From the IMG/VR virus record IMGVR_UViG_3300026176_000228, positions 32,001 through 96,000 of that record: 64,000 nucleotides of DNA; one strand, 5' to 3'. Below the pieces are notes generated by a model. That model was given only the letters and a program-made list of their open reading frames with translations, made no database searches and was not told where the DNA came from. The DNA is from a virus (taxonomy: Duplodnaviria > Caudoviricetes). This document shows, piece after piece, positions 38,119-50,061 of this stretch (position 1 is the first letter of the stretch; the number at the start of each line of letters is the position of its first letter). The position numbers and the translations under genes were made by a program.

Positions 38119-38145
38119 ATTTGGCATATGCTAAATTCCAACCGT

Positions 38146-38184
38146 GAGACGGGCGACTACTCAATAGTCGCCCGTCTCTTTTTG
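38146..38184 (+). terminator. Rho-independent terminator
   Basis: GAGACGGGCGACTA/TAGTCGCCCGTCTC followed by TTTTT. Confidence 0.85.
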
Positions 38185-38222
38185 CGTTCAAAAATAAATC
38201 AATTTTAGAAAGGAATCAAACC

Positions 38223-38477
38223 GTGAAAACCATTGTGATAATCAATACTGATTACGCGCGACAAGATGTAGAAGTGGAATTTCGTGAAGATGTCGCCAAA
38301 GGTGATGTGCGCTTTGAAACTCGTCCCGATATGTCTGATTTGCCTTGGGACGTACGCGATGGCTTAAGGCAATTGGATAGAATTGGTGAATTCTAGCTGG
38401 CAGTTCCTATTGTACAACGTCTCTTGAACTGTACAGAGGATGAAGCTATGAGTGTGATGCATCAACTGTGTGACTGA
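38223..38477 (+). pseudogene. Paralog of the L7/L12-like gene with an in-frame TAG at 38394-38396
   Basis: MKTIVIINTDY compared with MKTIVYLNPDY; the frame continues past TAG to a TGA adjacent to the next palindrome. Confidence 0.55.
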
Positions 38478-41400
38478 TTTTGGCATATGCCAAATCCTAA
38501 ATCCTGAAAGGAGTAAACCAATGAAAGTCTACTCCCTAGCGCAAGACTATCAGCATCTCTCCAAGTTTCGTTGTCCTGACCCTCTGATGTGGCGTTCACA
38601 TCGTCTACGGCGCAGACGTTGGGGTTGTCGGGCCAAGGAACTTCTGCATCGTAACTTACGACGCGAAAAACGTCGCGAGATTAGGAGTCTGTATCATGGT
38701 GGAACATGCGAACCTGAGGTATCTCCAACGGGCGTTGCATTTTCCCGGTGTAGCCATCAGTGACATTATTGCTGCCGAACAACGCGCGGAAGCCAAGAAG
38801 TATAAGAACGTCGCGTTTGTCTTAGGGCAAAACGGGCAAGAATTGTTTTTGTCCATCGTGCGCAGTCAGCAGACGCAAACTTGCATGACTACCAATCGGC
38901 AGGGTCTCTCGCCTAAACGGTTACGCGTAGATAAGGTGATTTACGCGTGTTAATTTGGCATATGCCAAATCAGAAAGGAATAACTTTTCTGATAGAAAGG
39001 TGTGATTAGCATGTTAGTAGATTATGAATTTGTCTTTCCCCTAGAACCGCAGCACGTCGAAGCTGAACGTCCTACTGACCGACTCTGGGATGGCATTGAT
39101 TTTGAAATGAGTTGTCCTGCACGCCTAGAGCAAGGTGTCTATTTCGTGCCGGAAGGTATTGATAACTGGTTACGTAATGAATTTGATGAAGATTGGCAAC
39201 ATTATCCCGCAGATTTGCCCACGCCTTTGTACTGCTATGGTGTATGCGACAGCGCGACACAATTTCGCGTATGCTGGTTGCCACTTCTACTCCAATCTAA
39301 TCGCAAGTTTCTAGTTGTCTTGGGCCATTTACACAAGATTGACGAACCCGTACAGGGTGGCTGGCGTTGGCATAAGTGGGGGCCATACATTGGCACTAAG
39401 CAACCGCGTCATGAATATCTTTATGACGAAGGGCCGGAAATCACGCGTGTTTGCCTGTTTCAGATTTATGAGTATTTGAACGTGTAGTTTTTAGCATATG
39501 CCAAAAAGGAGAATGAAAAATGCTCAAGGTTGAATACTGTCCCGAAGGCTGGGCTGTGAGTGACTGGGAAGGCGCGGATTTTCTCTTGCGCGTACGCAAT
39601 GCAACTGACAATTTCGATACCATTCAAGTCTCCACTTCTCTGCCTATCTATCTCCTGCAACGCGAAGTTGTACGCGGTAATCTCGCGCCCGAAGCCGTAG
39701 AAATCATCTATAACGGTCAAGCCTACCATATCAATGAGTATGGCGCGATTCCTGACTGGCCTACGGGACTGGCTGATATTTCATGTCATATCGCGCAGGA
39801 TATCTTGGAACACGCGATGGCAAAGCGCAAGGTACAGCGAGCCAAGCGCGGTTTTTAGCATATGCCAAAAAGGAGTCGCTACCATGCTAGATAAACTGTA
39901 TCTAGAAATCACCTTAGGCTACGGTAAGTATCATTTCAACTATCATTTTCGCTGTTTCGGTAGTTGGTGTTGGCTACCCCAAAACAGAGTCAAGATAGAA
40001 CCAGAATTCTGGGGTACAGATGCGTGGTGCTGGAAATGGGGTTATTTCTTTTTGTCTAAATACTAAAAGGAGTCACGATATGGAAGCAGGTAGTCGCGAA
40101 GCCATCAAATATGAACTCCAACACGGCACTATCTGGACGGTCATTGACGAACTGTTACACGCGCTCGACCACGTATGGGCGCGCCTACCTATTCTGGATA
40201 GTTTGCTCTATCGCTATTGTCAGTGGGCGCATCGCGCTGAAATCGAAGCTATTCAACGCGAACCTGAAGATTGATTTTTGGCATATGCCAAATCTGGAAG
40301 GAGAACTCCAATGCGTTTCTATGTCATCTATTCATTCGACATACCGTATGAAGATTCAGTCAAGCCCTGGACACCGCGTCGCGTGTTCAAGCTGCAAACT
40401 ACAGAACGGCACGATGGCGCAGATGGTGACTATGACTATTTGGGCGATAACTGGACTAAGAGCAAACATCGCAAGTATGTCGGCTTTCTGAGCAAAGCAC
40501 AACTGCGGCAACTGTGTTGGGATATGGGTTTTCGGCCCGAAGAAACTGAAACCATGGGTAGTCTGACTGAATACGGTTGGTTGCCCGCGATTAGCTTCAA
40601 TGCGGAGACTGAATACTATGATGTTATCGGAAATATGTACGTGACGCCTATTCCTCAAAAACCTAACGGGGATGACTTTGAGGAAATGGATGAGCGCGAT
40701 TGGGAACGCGTACGCGCCGCGGTTATTAGTTATTTTAGCTAATTTGGCATATGCCAAAAAGGAGCCAGGCAATGATTCGCGTTATTCTGACATCGCGACC
40801 AGATTATAAGAAGCTGGCGGCTGATATTCTCTCGGTAGAAACCGTTTCATTTGACACGAATAATCTTGAGTTACTAGAAGAATTGGCAACCCAAGCCGAA
40901 GAAGCGGGTATTCCAATTGAATTCATGCTCAATGAAACCATGTTCACCGCGCGTGAAGTCCTGATTGCGCTAAGGGATGATATTGAAATCAGGCCGCGCG
41001 GATAATTTGGCATATGCCAAATCAAAGAAAGGAACCTAAGTCATGAAGCACAAGCACTGGGGCATAACTATAGACGATACTGAACCCACCACGGGTGTCT
41101 ACAATGGCAATGATGTAAGTGGTTTTGTCTACGATAATCAAATTGACCCTAACGCACAGCGCTTCTGTCCCTATTGCGGCAATGCAACTGTTATCACCTG
41201 CCCAAGCTGCGATAACTCCATTTGCTATACCTGCGTCAAAGAAATTGACTGGTCAATGGTAGATGGTGAGACAACTGAATGGCTACTGGGCAGTTGGGTA
41301 GAGGAAAATGGTGAGTGGGCAGTCGATAAGACTGGTGGTGACTTCGCGGCCCTGTATGACTCCAATATGAATGTGATTCAGGTAGTTTGGTCTAACAGTA

Positions 41401-42416
41401 TTCGTTATGGCCGCATGTGTTCACCGTGCTATCCAGGACAAGTGGACGCGCGCGTAGATGACCCGGAGCAGCCCGATGAGGTTTGCTGGCAACCATATTA
41501 CGCGTTGCCGGATGATTTGCTGACTGAATAATTTGGCATATGCCAAAAACTTACACAAAGGAGAATTCTCAATGCTTATCAAACTGCTCAATAAAAAGCT
41601 GGTCGAGTACGCGGGTTTCGATACCGCGCGTGTCAGTGTCCTAAACGATGGTTTTGTGACCGTCGAAGTGCCTTACACGGAACTAGCGCAAGCCTTTAGC
41701 GCAGATGCCGCCGCGACTTACTGTAAGAATCCTGATGGTTGGGTAACGCTGCGCTTCTTTGATACCTATACTGAGTTTGAAGATTGGCTTTGCGGAGACG
41801 AATAAAACAATTTAGAATATACCAAATCTAAAAAGAAAGGGTTTAATCATGGAAATTACATCTGAAGTTGTCTCACCGTGGAAGAAGGTCTACGAATTGG
41901 AAACGCGCCTCACTAAAGCACGGCGCGCGTTGGCCGAGAAGCGTAATGCTATCGCGTTCAAGGAACAGGAAATCGTGCGGCTCAAGAGTGAAATTGATAG
42001 CGCGAAGATTGACGAAACAACCATCAATCTTGAGCTTTACGCATTGACCAAAGATTATGAAACTGCTTTGTTTGCCGCGACTTACGCTGAGAAGTATTAA
42101 TACATTTTGGCATATGCCAAAAAGGAAAGGAATCTAAATATGTTATATCGTTCAGCTTGGATTTGGCATTGCACTGATGGCGGCTACATGGTGGATTTTG
42201 ATCGTTGGTACCTTTACCCCAAACCGCCTGTTGGTCAACGCTATAAGAAAATGTCACTGGCTTCCATTAACCGCTTGCTGAGTTGCAAATATAAATCCAT
42301 GTATGCTCTAGCTATGCAGGATGACATTGTTATTGTTATTACATTTCCAGCAAGGGCATAATTAATTTTTGGCATATGCCAAATCCTCTTTGTAAAAACA
42401 GAAAGGAATATAATCC

Positions 42417-43676
42417 GTGAACGCTTTACCAGAACTCGATCAATTGTTTGTCGTAGAATGGCCCGACATGGTAGACGAAGATGGTCAGGATAATGTTAAA
42501 CTTGCTCTGCGCCGCATCTTGAGTAACGCTCCTGGTGCATTAACTTACTCCGAAAAACTCAATGGTCGTTCCTATGATTACTACAACATCTTGCCTAGGG
42601 ATTGGAATTGGAATTGGGTTGTCAAGGGCAAGGGTGTCTATGTCGGTACGCTGCCCAAGCGTATCAGCAAGTATATTAAGACTACCTTTGATTACAACTT
42701 GACACCAGAACAGTTATCCGAAATCGGTAATATCGCGCGGCGCTATTCAGCCATCAGCACTAAGTTGCACGTGGATTTGACCGCGACTTTTGATTGGTAT
42801 CGCGGTGATTTTGGTGATGATGGCTCTTGCTTTTGGGGTAGCAATGAGGGCGCGCGCGAGTTGCTTGAAGAACACGGCGCGTTGGCGATTCGACTTTACA
42901 AGGCTCCCGCGGAAGGCAGTGACACTTCTAAGCCGCGCGGTTGTGGGCGCGCGTGGATTCTGCCGCCTGACGCCCACGCGAAAGGTGATTTTTACATTGT
43001 TTTCAATGGTTATGGTGGCCCGACGCAGGAGAACGGGCATCATACCGAATACGAAACTTTGGCCTACGCGCGGCTACTGGCTGATATTGTTAGCGCAACT
43101 TACAAGAAAATTGATTTCTACAATAACGGTGAATCCGATGGTTTACTGTATATCAATGGTGGCCGCGCATACGCAGTAGGTGACGCGGAAACCCTGCGCA
43201 ATATCGAGCAGGTCAATCTGCATTGGGAAACCTATGACTTGTGCTGTGAAAACTGCGGCGACAGGCTTAGTGAAGATGAAGTCTATTCCTACGACGGTGA
43301 ATCCTACTGCGAATCCTGCTACGACGAAATGTTTAGGACTTGCGATGGTTGTGAAAGCACCTTCGCGCGTGATGATTTGACTTATGTTCCCGATACGGGT
43401 GATTACTGTGAAAATTGCTTGAATGACCGCTTCTATTCCTGTGATCGCTGTGGCCGTTACACGGATACAGATGAAACCGTAACCGTAAGAACTTACGCTT
43501 ATTATAGTGCCTACAATGAGCAGGAATGGTGTCCGCGCTGCCAGGAAAACTACGCGACTTACTGCGAAACATGTGAAGTTTACTATGCAAACGACATGAA
43601 TCATGAATGTGAAGACGAAACCGAAGCTGAAGCCGAAGCAGCCGAGCCAGAACAGGAGTTGACTTGTGAAAATTAA
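42417..43676 (+). CDS. Phage protein with C-terminal tandem CxxC zinc-ribbon repeats
   Basis: At least 7 CxxC motifs in an acidic C-terminal region. Confidence 0.7.
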   Translation: MNALPELDQLFVVEWPDMVDEDGQDNVKLALRRILSNAPGALTYSEKLNGRSYDYYNILPRDWNWNWVVKGKGVYVGTLPKRISKYIKTTFDYNLTPEQLSEIGNIARRYSAISTKLHVDLTATFDWYRGDFGDDGSCFWGSNEGARELLEEHGALAIRLYKAPAEGSDTSKPRGCGRAWILPPDAHAKGDFYIVFNGYGGPTQENGHHTEYETLAYARLLADIVSATYKKIDFYNNGESDGLLYINGGRAYAVGDAETLRNIEQVNLHWETYDLCCENCGDRLSEDEVYSYDGESYCESCYDEMFRTCDGCESTFARDDLTYVPDTGDYCENCLNDRFYSCDRCGRYTDTDETVTVRTYAYYSAYNEQEWCPRCQENYATYCETCEVYYANDMNHECEDETEAEAEAAEPEQELTCEN

Positions 43677-44601
43677 TCTAGATACCCTACGCGCGGTGTG
43701 CGCGGCTAACATTCATGATTTTGCCAAGTATGGCGACGTAGTTACCACCAAGCGCGGTATGTATATCTTTCAGGATAACGGAGCGGATGTGTTAGCGGTC
43801 GCGCATCTGGATACCGTACTGCCCTTCAAGCAGTTCAGTTTGCGCCAAGATAAACATGCCAAGTTCATCCTAACCCAAACTCTAGATGACCGTTTGGGAG
43901 CCTATTTGCTACTACATTACTTGAAGGCGACCTGTAAATACGATATTTTGCTAACTGAAAACGAAGAACGCTGCATGTCTACCGCGCGCGACTTTACGCC
44001 GCCGCGCCAGTACAACTGGGCTTTTGAATTTGATAGGGCGGGTACAGATGTCGTAATGTACCAGTATGAAAATGATACTATGACTGACGCGGTTGAGGAC
44101 GCGGGTTTCAAAGTAGGCATTGGCTCGTATTCGGATATTGCAGATTTGGATATCAACGCGGGAGCTTTCAATTTCGGTACGGGTTACTATGCCAATCACA
44201 TGCCCCACGCGTACGCGAATTTGGCTGAAACTAAAGCTAACGCAGATAAATTCAGCCAGGTGTTTTATCCCAAATATAAAGAACAGCATTTTGAGTATAC
44301 CGAAATTGATTTTACGATTCCCCATTTCTCAGCGCGCGCCGCGGGTGCCTTGCGCTGGCAACTGTGTGATGTGTGCGGCCAAATGGCGACCACGGACAGC
44401 TTTGGTATGTATCTGTGTGATAACTGTTTGCGTTACACGGATAATGATGGCGAGCAACCCTATGACTTAATGGAGTGCGAGTGGTGTAATGATTGGGTGA
44501 CGCCTAATGAGCTTACGGCTATGGATTTTATGGGCGTGCATTATGTGTGTAATCATTGCAAGACGTTGTTGCTGCGCGAGGGCGCGGAAGTCGTCGCGTA
44601 A
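43666..44601 (+). CDS. M28-like zinc peptidase with C-terminal Zn ribbons
   Basis: AHLDTV, LDDRLG, TENEE, EFDRAG and GYYANH motifs. Confidence 0.75.
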   Translation: MKINLDTLRAVCAANIHDFAKYGDVVTTKRGMYIFQDNGADVLAVAHLDTVLPFKQFSLRQDKHAKFILTQTLDDRLGAYLLLHYLKATCKYDILLTENEERCMSTARDFTPPRQYNWAFEFDRAGTDVVMYQYENDTMTDAVEDAGFKVGIGSYSDIADLDINAGAFNFGTGYYANHMPHAYANLAETKANADKFSQVFYPKYKEQHFEYTEIDFTIPHFSARAAGALRWQLCDVCGQMATTDSFGMYLCDNCLRYTDNDGEQPYDLMECEWCNDWVTPNELTAMDFMGVHYVCNHCKTLLLREGAEVVA

Positions 44602-44647
44602 GATTTGGCATATGCCAAAATCAGAAAAGAAGAAAGGACTAAAACTA

Positions 44648-44890
44648 ATGGCTAACCATACTTGCAACTACTTTGACAGACAATATAAATTCGCCGTTGA
44701 TGACCCCCTGCGCGAACTTGTGCCGGATATGAAAGATTGTCCATTCTGTGGTGAACACAATAAGTATGCTTTAGTGGTCTACATCAGTGACCACTATGCG
44801 CTTTATTGTGCTAAGTGCGACTGCGAGGGGCCATACTCTAATAGTGTTGAGGAAGCTTTTGAGTTGTGGAATCACAGGAGTTCACTATGA
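44648..44890 (+). CDS. Lar-like restriction alleviation protein
   Basis: CPFCG...CAKCDCEGP...EEAFELWNHR. Confidence 0.65.
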   Translation: MANHTCNYFDRQYKFAVDDPLRELVPDMKDCPFCGEHNKYALVVYISDHYALYCAKCDCEGPYSNSVEEAFELWNHRSSL

Positions 44891-45221
44891 ATAACCGTAT
44901 CTTCCACTCCGCTGAATTCCAAGCCAGTACACGCGTTTATCCAGAAAGGCTAATACAATGTCTACTCTCAAATCTGAAGTTCTCAAACGCCGTGCTTCAC
45001 TAGCAGCTAAGGCGCGTTTTGAACATTTTGAAGATGGGCGCGTCAAGATGTATGTCACAATTCCTGATTGGTCTGCGGTAGATGACGACGCGACCAGTGC
45101 GCCTTTGCGTGAGATTTTGAATTATGATTTCGATTGTCAGGCACATTACGAAGATTGGCTCAACGCGATTGATATTCCAGATTGAAATTTGGCATATGCT
45201 AAATAAGAAAGGACTTCTAAA

Positions 45222-46220
45222 ATGAGTCAACACAGTGTCAATGTTGTACGTTTGGGTAATATTGCACCACATCCCAATGCTGATACTCTGGACACAACCA
45301 CGGTCAATGGTTTCACCTGCGTGATTCGGCGCGGTGATTTTCAACCAGGCGACCTTGCACTTTACATCGAACCGGATTACGTTGTACCGCTGGATAATCC
45401 ACTGTTTACCTTCCTACGACCTGAAAATCATCCTGAACGCATCGTGCAACGCATTGGTGTCAAGCGTCTGCGCGGTATCTATTCCATGGGCCTGCTGCTA
45501 CCTGCACCCGCGGGCGCGCAAGAGGGTGATGATTTGATGGAAGCTCTGGGTATCACGCGCTATGAGCCACCTGAACAAACTGATGCCAACACTGGCGGGG
45601 CAACCGAAGCCCCGCCTTATCGTCAGGTGATTCCAACTTATGACTTGGAAAACTTGCGCAAATGGCAGGCTAAAGTTGAAGGCCATCAAGTTATTATCAC
45701 CGAAAAAGTCCACGGCACAAACGCCCGCTATGTCTGGTCAAGCGCATATGAGCGCATGTTCTGTGGCTCACGGCGTGAATGGAAGAAGGAAGACGCGACT
45801 AATCTATGGTGGCGCGCGCTGGCGCAGAATCCGTGGATCGCAGAATGGTGCCAAAAGCATCCTGATGTAATTCTGTGGGGTGAAGTTTATGGTTGGGTAC
45901 AAGATTTGCGTTATGGGGCCAAGCCGGGTGAATTTTTCTTCCGCGTGTTTGATATCTATACCGTAGATAGTGCGACTTTCTGGTTGCCCGGCATGGCGCA
46001 GAGTATCTTTGGCGCACGCGCCATGCCAATTGTGTATCAGGGTATCTACCCTGGTTTCGCGGCAGTTGAACAAATGGCGGATGCTGATAGCGCATTGGCA
46101 AAGCATATCCGCGAAGGCGTAGTTATCGAAGTAACTGATATGCCAAATGAATGGGATACTGATTTGCAAGCTTGGCGCATTAAGTTGAAGTTGCCCGGTA
46201 ATAAATATCTCAGTCGTTGA
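45222..46220 (+). CDS. RNA ligase (Rnl2/DRB0094-like) with N-terminal OB fold
   Basis: PHPNADTL, LRGIYSMGLL, motif I TEKVHGTN, GEVYG, FRVFDI and REGVVI. Confidence 0.9.
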   Translation: MSQHSVNVVRLGNIAPHPNADTLDTTTVNGFTCVIRRGDFQPGDLALYIEPDYVVPLDNPLFTFLRPENHPERIVQRIGVKRLRGIYSMGLLLPAPAGAQEGDDLMEALGITRYEPPEQTDANTGGATEAPPYRQVIPTYDLENLRKWQAKVEGHQVIITEKVHGTNARYVWSSAYERMFCGSRREWKKEDATNLWWRALAQNPWIAEWCQKHPDVILWGEVYGWVQDLRYGAKPGEFFFRVFDIYTVDSATFWLPGMAQSIFGARAMPIVYQGIYPGFAAVEQMADADSALAKHIREGVVIEVTDMPNEWDTDLQAWRIKLKLPGNKYLSR

Positions 46221-46297
46221 AATTTGGCATATGCCAAAATGACTCACTACCCTGGTCTAAAAAGCTAGGGTAGTTTTGTTTTTAGAAGGGTTCTATC

Positions 46298-46426
46298 ATG
46301 AAACGTCTTGCTATCATTCTGCTGGCCTTGTTGATGCTGGTGCTCGCGTCTACCGCGTGCGGCTTGCCACCCTGTCCTGAGAACTACAGCGCGAGTGCAA
46401 TGGTTGAATTCTGTGTCAGGTATTAA
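46298..46426 (+). CDS. Small lipoprotein (42 aa)
   Basis: MKRLAIILLALLMLVLASTAC signal peptide with lipobox; below the ORF-track size cutoff. Confidence 0.55.
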   Translation: MKRLAIILLALLMLVLASTACGLPPCPENYSASAMVEFCVRY

Positions 46427-49400
46427 ATTTGGCATATGCTAAAAGTTAGGAGTCCTAAAATGCATTACACATTAAGCGAAATCAGACGCGGCATCGCAGT
46501 CCTGCGCGCGACCGTACCGTCTGATGATTATCTACTGAACTTTTTTATCAATTTTCTGCAAGCTAATGAAGATACTATGTATGACTGGCTCAACGCAGAC
46601 ACAGAAGAGGATGATTGGCAAGGAGATTTTGCGTGAATAATCCCACTTGGTCTAATCAAGACATTGACTTGGGTTTACCTTTTGAAATCCGCGACCACTT
46701 TCTAAAAAATGACCTAGTAGACAACGACATTTCCACGCATGATTGGTGTCCTCTTTGTGGCACTTACTGGTACGCGCACGCGGATGACTCCTGTGCAACT
46801 GAACGCTTACCCTACGCGTTGTTCAATGTCGGATTGGTCTATGTCCCGATTACTATTACTGGTAAACCCCATGAAATCCTAGTCTGGTATATCCGCTATC
46901 AAATCTACTCGCGTTACGGTACTATCATTGGCGATTATCAGATGGACGGTGAATGTGAGGGTTTGACTAAGGGAGATGTGCTGTACCACGTGACTGATGT
47001 ACTGGATGGCTTGAACGCGGAACTGTTGGAGATGCGCATCGCGGGTGATACCTCTATCTTTTGGGATAGTACTTTGGAGTATGACAGTAAGTGGTAATTT
47101 GGCATATGCCAAAAATCTGAAAGGAATACACTCTAAATGAACAGTACCTATTGTTTCATTGTTAATGGTAATGAAGTTGTAGAGGGCGATAACATCGAAA
47201 CTTATGGCTCTCTCCCTCAGTTACGCGCGGGTAAATACGATAAATGGTATCTGGCACCTGATGAAGATTATGCCACAAGCAAAGAAAAGGACTACTGGCA
47301 GGATATGGCCTGGCGTGACTCTGAAGAATTCGTCATGCTACTCGGTGGCGCAGAGGCAGTCATGGGCTACTGGCTGCGCGGTGAAACCGTTGAAGATGTG
47401 ATTGACCAAATCATGTCTGAGCGTTGCGAATGGGGTGATGTGCATTATGTAGATAGCATGTCGGTTTATATTATGAAACAGCATCCTAATCTAAGTTGGG
47501 AAGATGTTTATATAGACGATAGTGACGAGCCAATTGAGGATGATGTGGTATGTCCCGATGATGCAGATGACGATATGATTGAACACATGGAAGATACTAA
47601 CACAGCCCGCGCTCTCGCGCGTGGTTGGTGGGAACTGTGTCGGGACTTGGGTTATGAACCCGAAGTCGCGTATCGCGCGAATTAATTAATTAATACTTAA
47701 TTAAGGAGTGAGTTATGGATAACTTTACTAAGGTTATTCGCCCTGGCACAACCACCACTTGGAATGGTCGTCGCATGAGTGTCTTTTGCACTATCGAATA
47801 TCAAGACGGTAGGTTATCTATTACCGGTGTCGAAGGGCCATTGTCTAGCGGTAATTGTCTAGGTAGCTGTGGGCAGATTGAAACGAGTATGGATTTGACA
47901 TACCTAGCCTGCTTTCACTTTGCGCCACATTGGAACAGGGATATGTTGAATGAATTTCTGTCTATCTGGCGCAGATGGCATCTAAATGATATGCGCGCGG
48001 GTACACCAGAACAAATGGCCTGCCTGGAAACGCATATCTATCAGCACTCTTATGGCGACCATTATCTGTGGGCGAAAAACATTTTGGCATATGCTAAATT
48101 AGACCCGGTAACGCTACCTGATGGGACAGAGTATTACTATGGCACGCGCTGGTTGTTTGAGCCTGTGCCAGAAGATGTACTGGCATTTCTGGTAAACCTG
48201 CCGGATGCGGATAAGAACTTGCCTGCGACTTGGAGGGATTGATGAAAAGCTACGCCAAGACTTTCTATGATGTGGAAATCGAAACCTACAGTGAATGGGG
48301 TGACACAGCCGAATACCCTAGTATTGATGTGCGCTGCCCTAATCTACGCGATTATTACAATGAAATTGATATCGCGTTGTTCTTAGAGACGCGCGTATCA
48401 GAGATTGATGCCGTTGCTGATGCAGTTTTCGACTATGAAGTAGCTCGTTTTTGGGAACACGCTCAAGTCATAGCTTGGGACATCTTTGGCCCTAATGTAG
48501 AAGTGCTTGCGCGCGGTCGCTCAGGCAGACATCTTTGTATCAGTGGTCTGCCTGAAATCTTTTTGTGGAAGAAACGGCAAACCGCGAAATGGCAGAAGTT
48601 TGTCAAGATAATTGAAAATATCATTAATAGTTATACTGAATTAGAGGAAGCCGCACAGTTGGTCGCGGCTTATCTGGAGACTAAAGCACTGGAGAAAGTG
48701 AAGGTCTAACATGCCTACTACCTACAAGGAACTTGCCGCATATCTCGGCAATAAGTCCGAACGACCCTACGGCAACAATACGCGTATCAGGCGCGACGAC
48801 GATGCTATTGTCATTCGTTTGCACGCCACGGATATCTTGACCTGGACTCCTGAAAGCGTCACGCTCAATAACGGCGGCTGGTATTCTAACACCACTAAGG
48901 CGCGCATGCAGGACTCCTTGCCTCCTAGCTGGCGACTGTATCAAGAGTCAGGAAGTTGGTCACTATTGAATCATGCTAACGGTGAGACATACGCGTATAT
49001 CAATGGCATGACCATCAATCTTGGCTCAGAAGTGGATACCGTGGATTATCATGGCGCAGAACCACCCATGACAAAAGAAACGGTCAAAAAGTTGACCAAG
49101 CAAATCAACGCGTACGCGCAGGGTTACGCGGAAGCTCTCGCGCGCGGTGAAGTACCCGCACCTGACGAGGGTGACTGTCTCGCGTGTGCCTTTCATTGGG
49201 AGGGCACTGACCATCTATTGTCGCACATGGAAGAGAACTACTATGTGCCTGGTCTACTGAATAACGCGTGGAACTTCTATGATAATCAGGGCTTGTCTGA
49301 TTGGCAAGCTGATATTCTCACACGCGATGTCTCTAAGCTTCTGCGCAAGTATCTGCGCCAGCAATTGGGCTTGGCTTGAATTTGGCATATGCCAAATTAG

Positions 49401-49970
49401 CAAAAGGAGTTCTATGGCTGATATCTACTACTTCCTAATCGGTATTGCGCGCCAGGGCGCGCAAGTCCTGGTTTTAGATGACCAAGAATTAGCTTTTGAT
49501 TTACTCGCCGCGGGTCGCGTTGGGCGACTCGCTTTCATCTGGAGTTATCATGCGCAAACTACTCATTGTCTGGTGGACTATCTGGCTCGTTTTCTTTTCC
49601 GCCATGCCCGTTGGGGTGGTGGACGCGGCCCCTATCTTGGAGCCAAATAACAGTCCGGTTATCGGCGGTGGAGGCGTTGACTCAAAAGGTCAAATGTGGG
49701 TCAACGTAACGGCACCCAATGGTGGACCCCTCAAGGGCACGCAAATGGCTAACTTGCTCGCGTATTTTCGCGGCAAGGGTTTTCAACCGACTAGTTGGCG
49801 ACCGACCTATGACCAATCTAGAGGCATTTGGGTTATGGTCTTTGTGACTATCAAGGCGACGGGTGTGCCGCAGATTGTTTGTAAATGGGATGCCGCGAGT
49901 AACTGTCTGCGGCGAGTTGATAATTGGAAACCTTGTTCTAAGCAGACTATTTGTATAGAGCGCGGTTAAT

Positions 49971-50016
49971 TAGTAGACCAGGGTTAATTAACTTAATTAA
50001 CCCTGGTCTACTTTTT
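49971..50016 (+). terminator. Long-stem terminator merging into a palindrome copy
   Basis: AGTAGACCAGGGTTAATTAA/TTAATTAACCCTGGTCTACT followed by TTTT. Confidence 0.75.
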
Positions 50017-50061
50017 GGCATATGCCAAATTTTGAAATTGTTTTTAGAAAGGAAGTGACAC

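Noticed and set aside
38394-38396. Genome-wide TAG recoding
   Set aside because: Numerous genes end at TAG with proper downstream boundaries, and long genes are uninterrupted in code 11
31858-47112. Many ORF-track starts reading MAYAK / MPK / MLK and peptides FGICQI / WHMP
   Set aside because: These are translations of the palindrome itself; true starts lie downstream after the AAAGGAG RBS
33792-50029. Palindrome array as a CRISPR array
   Set aside because: The repeat is only 16 bp, spacing varies from ~40 bp to >2 kb, the intervening sequence is whole genes, and no cas genes are present
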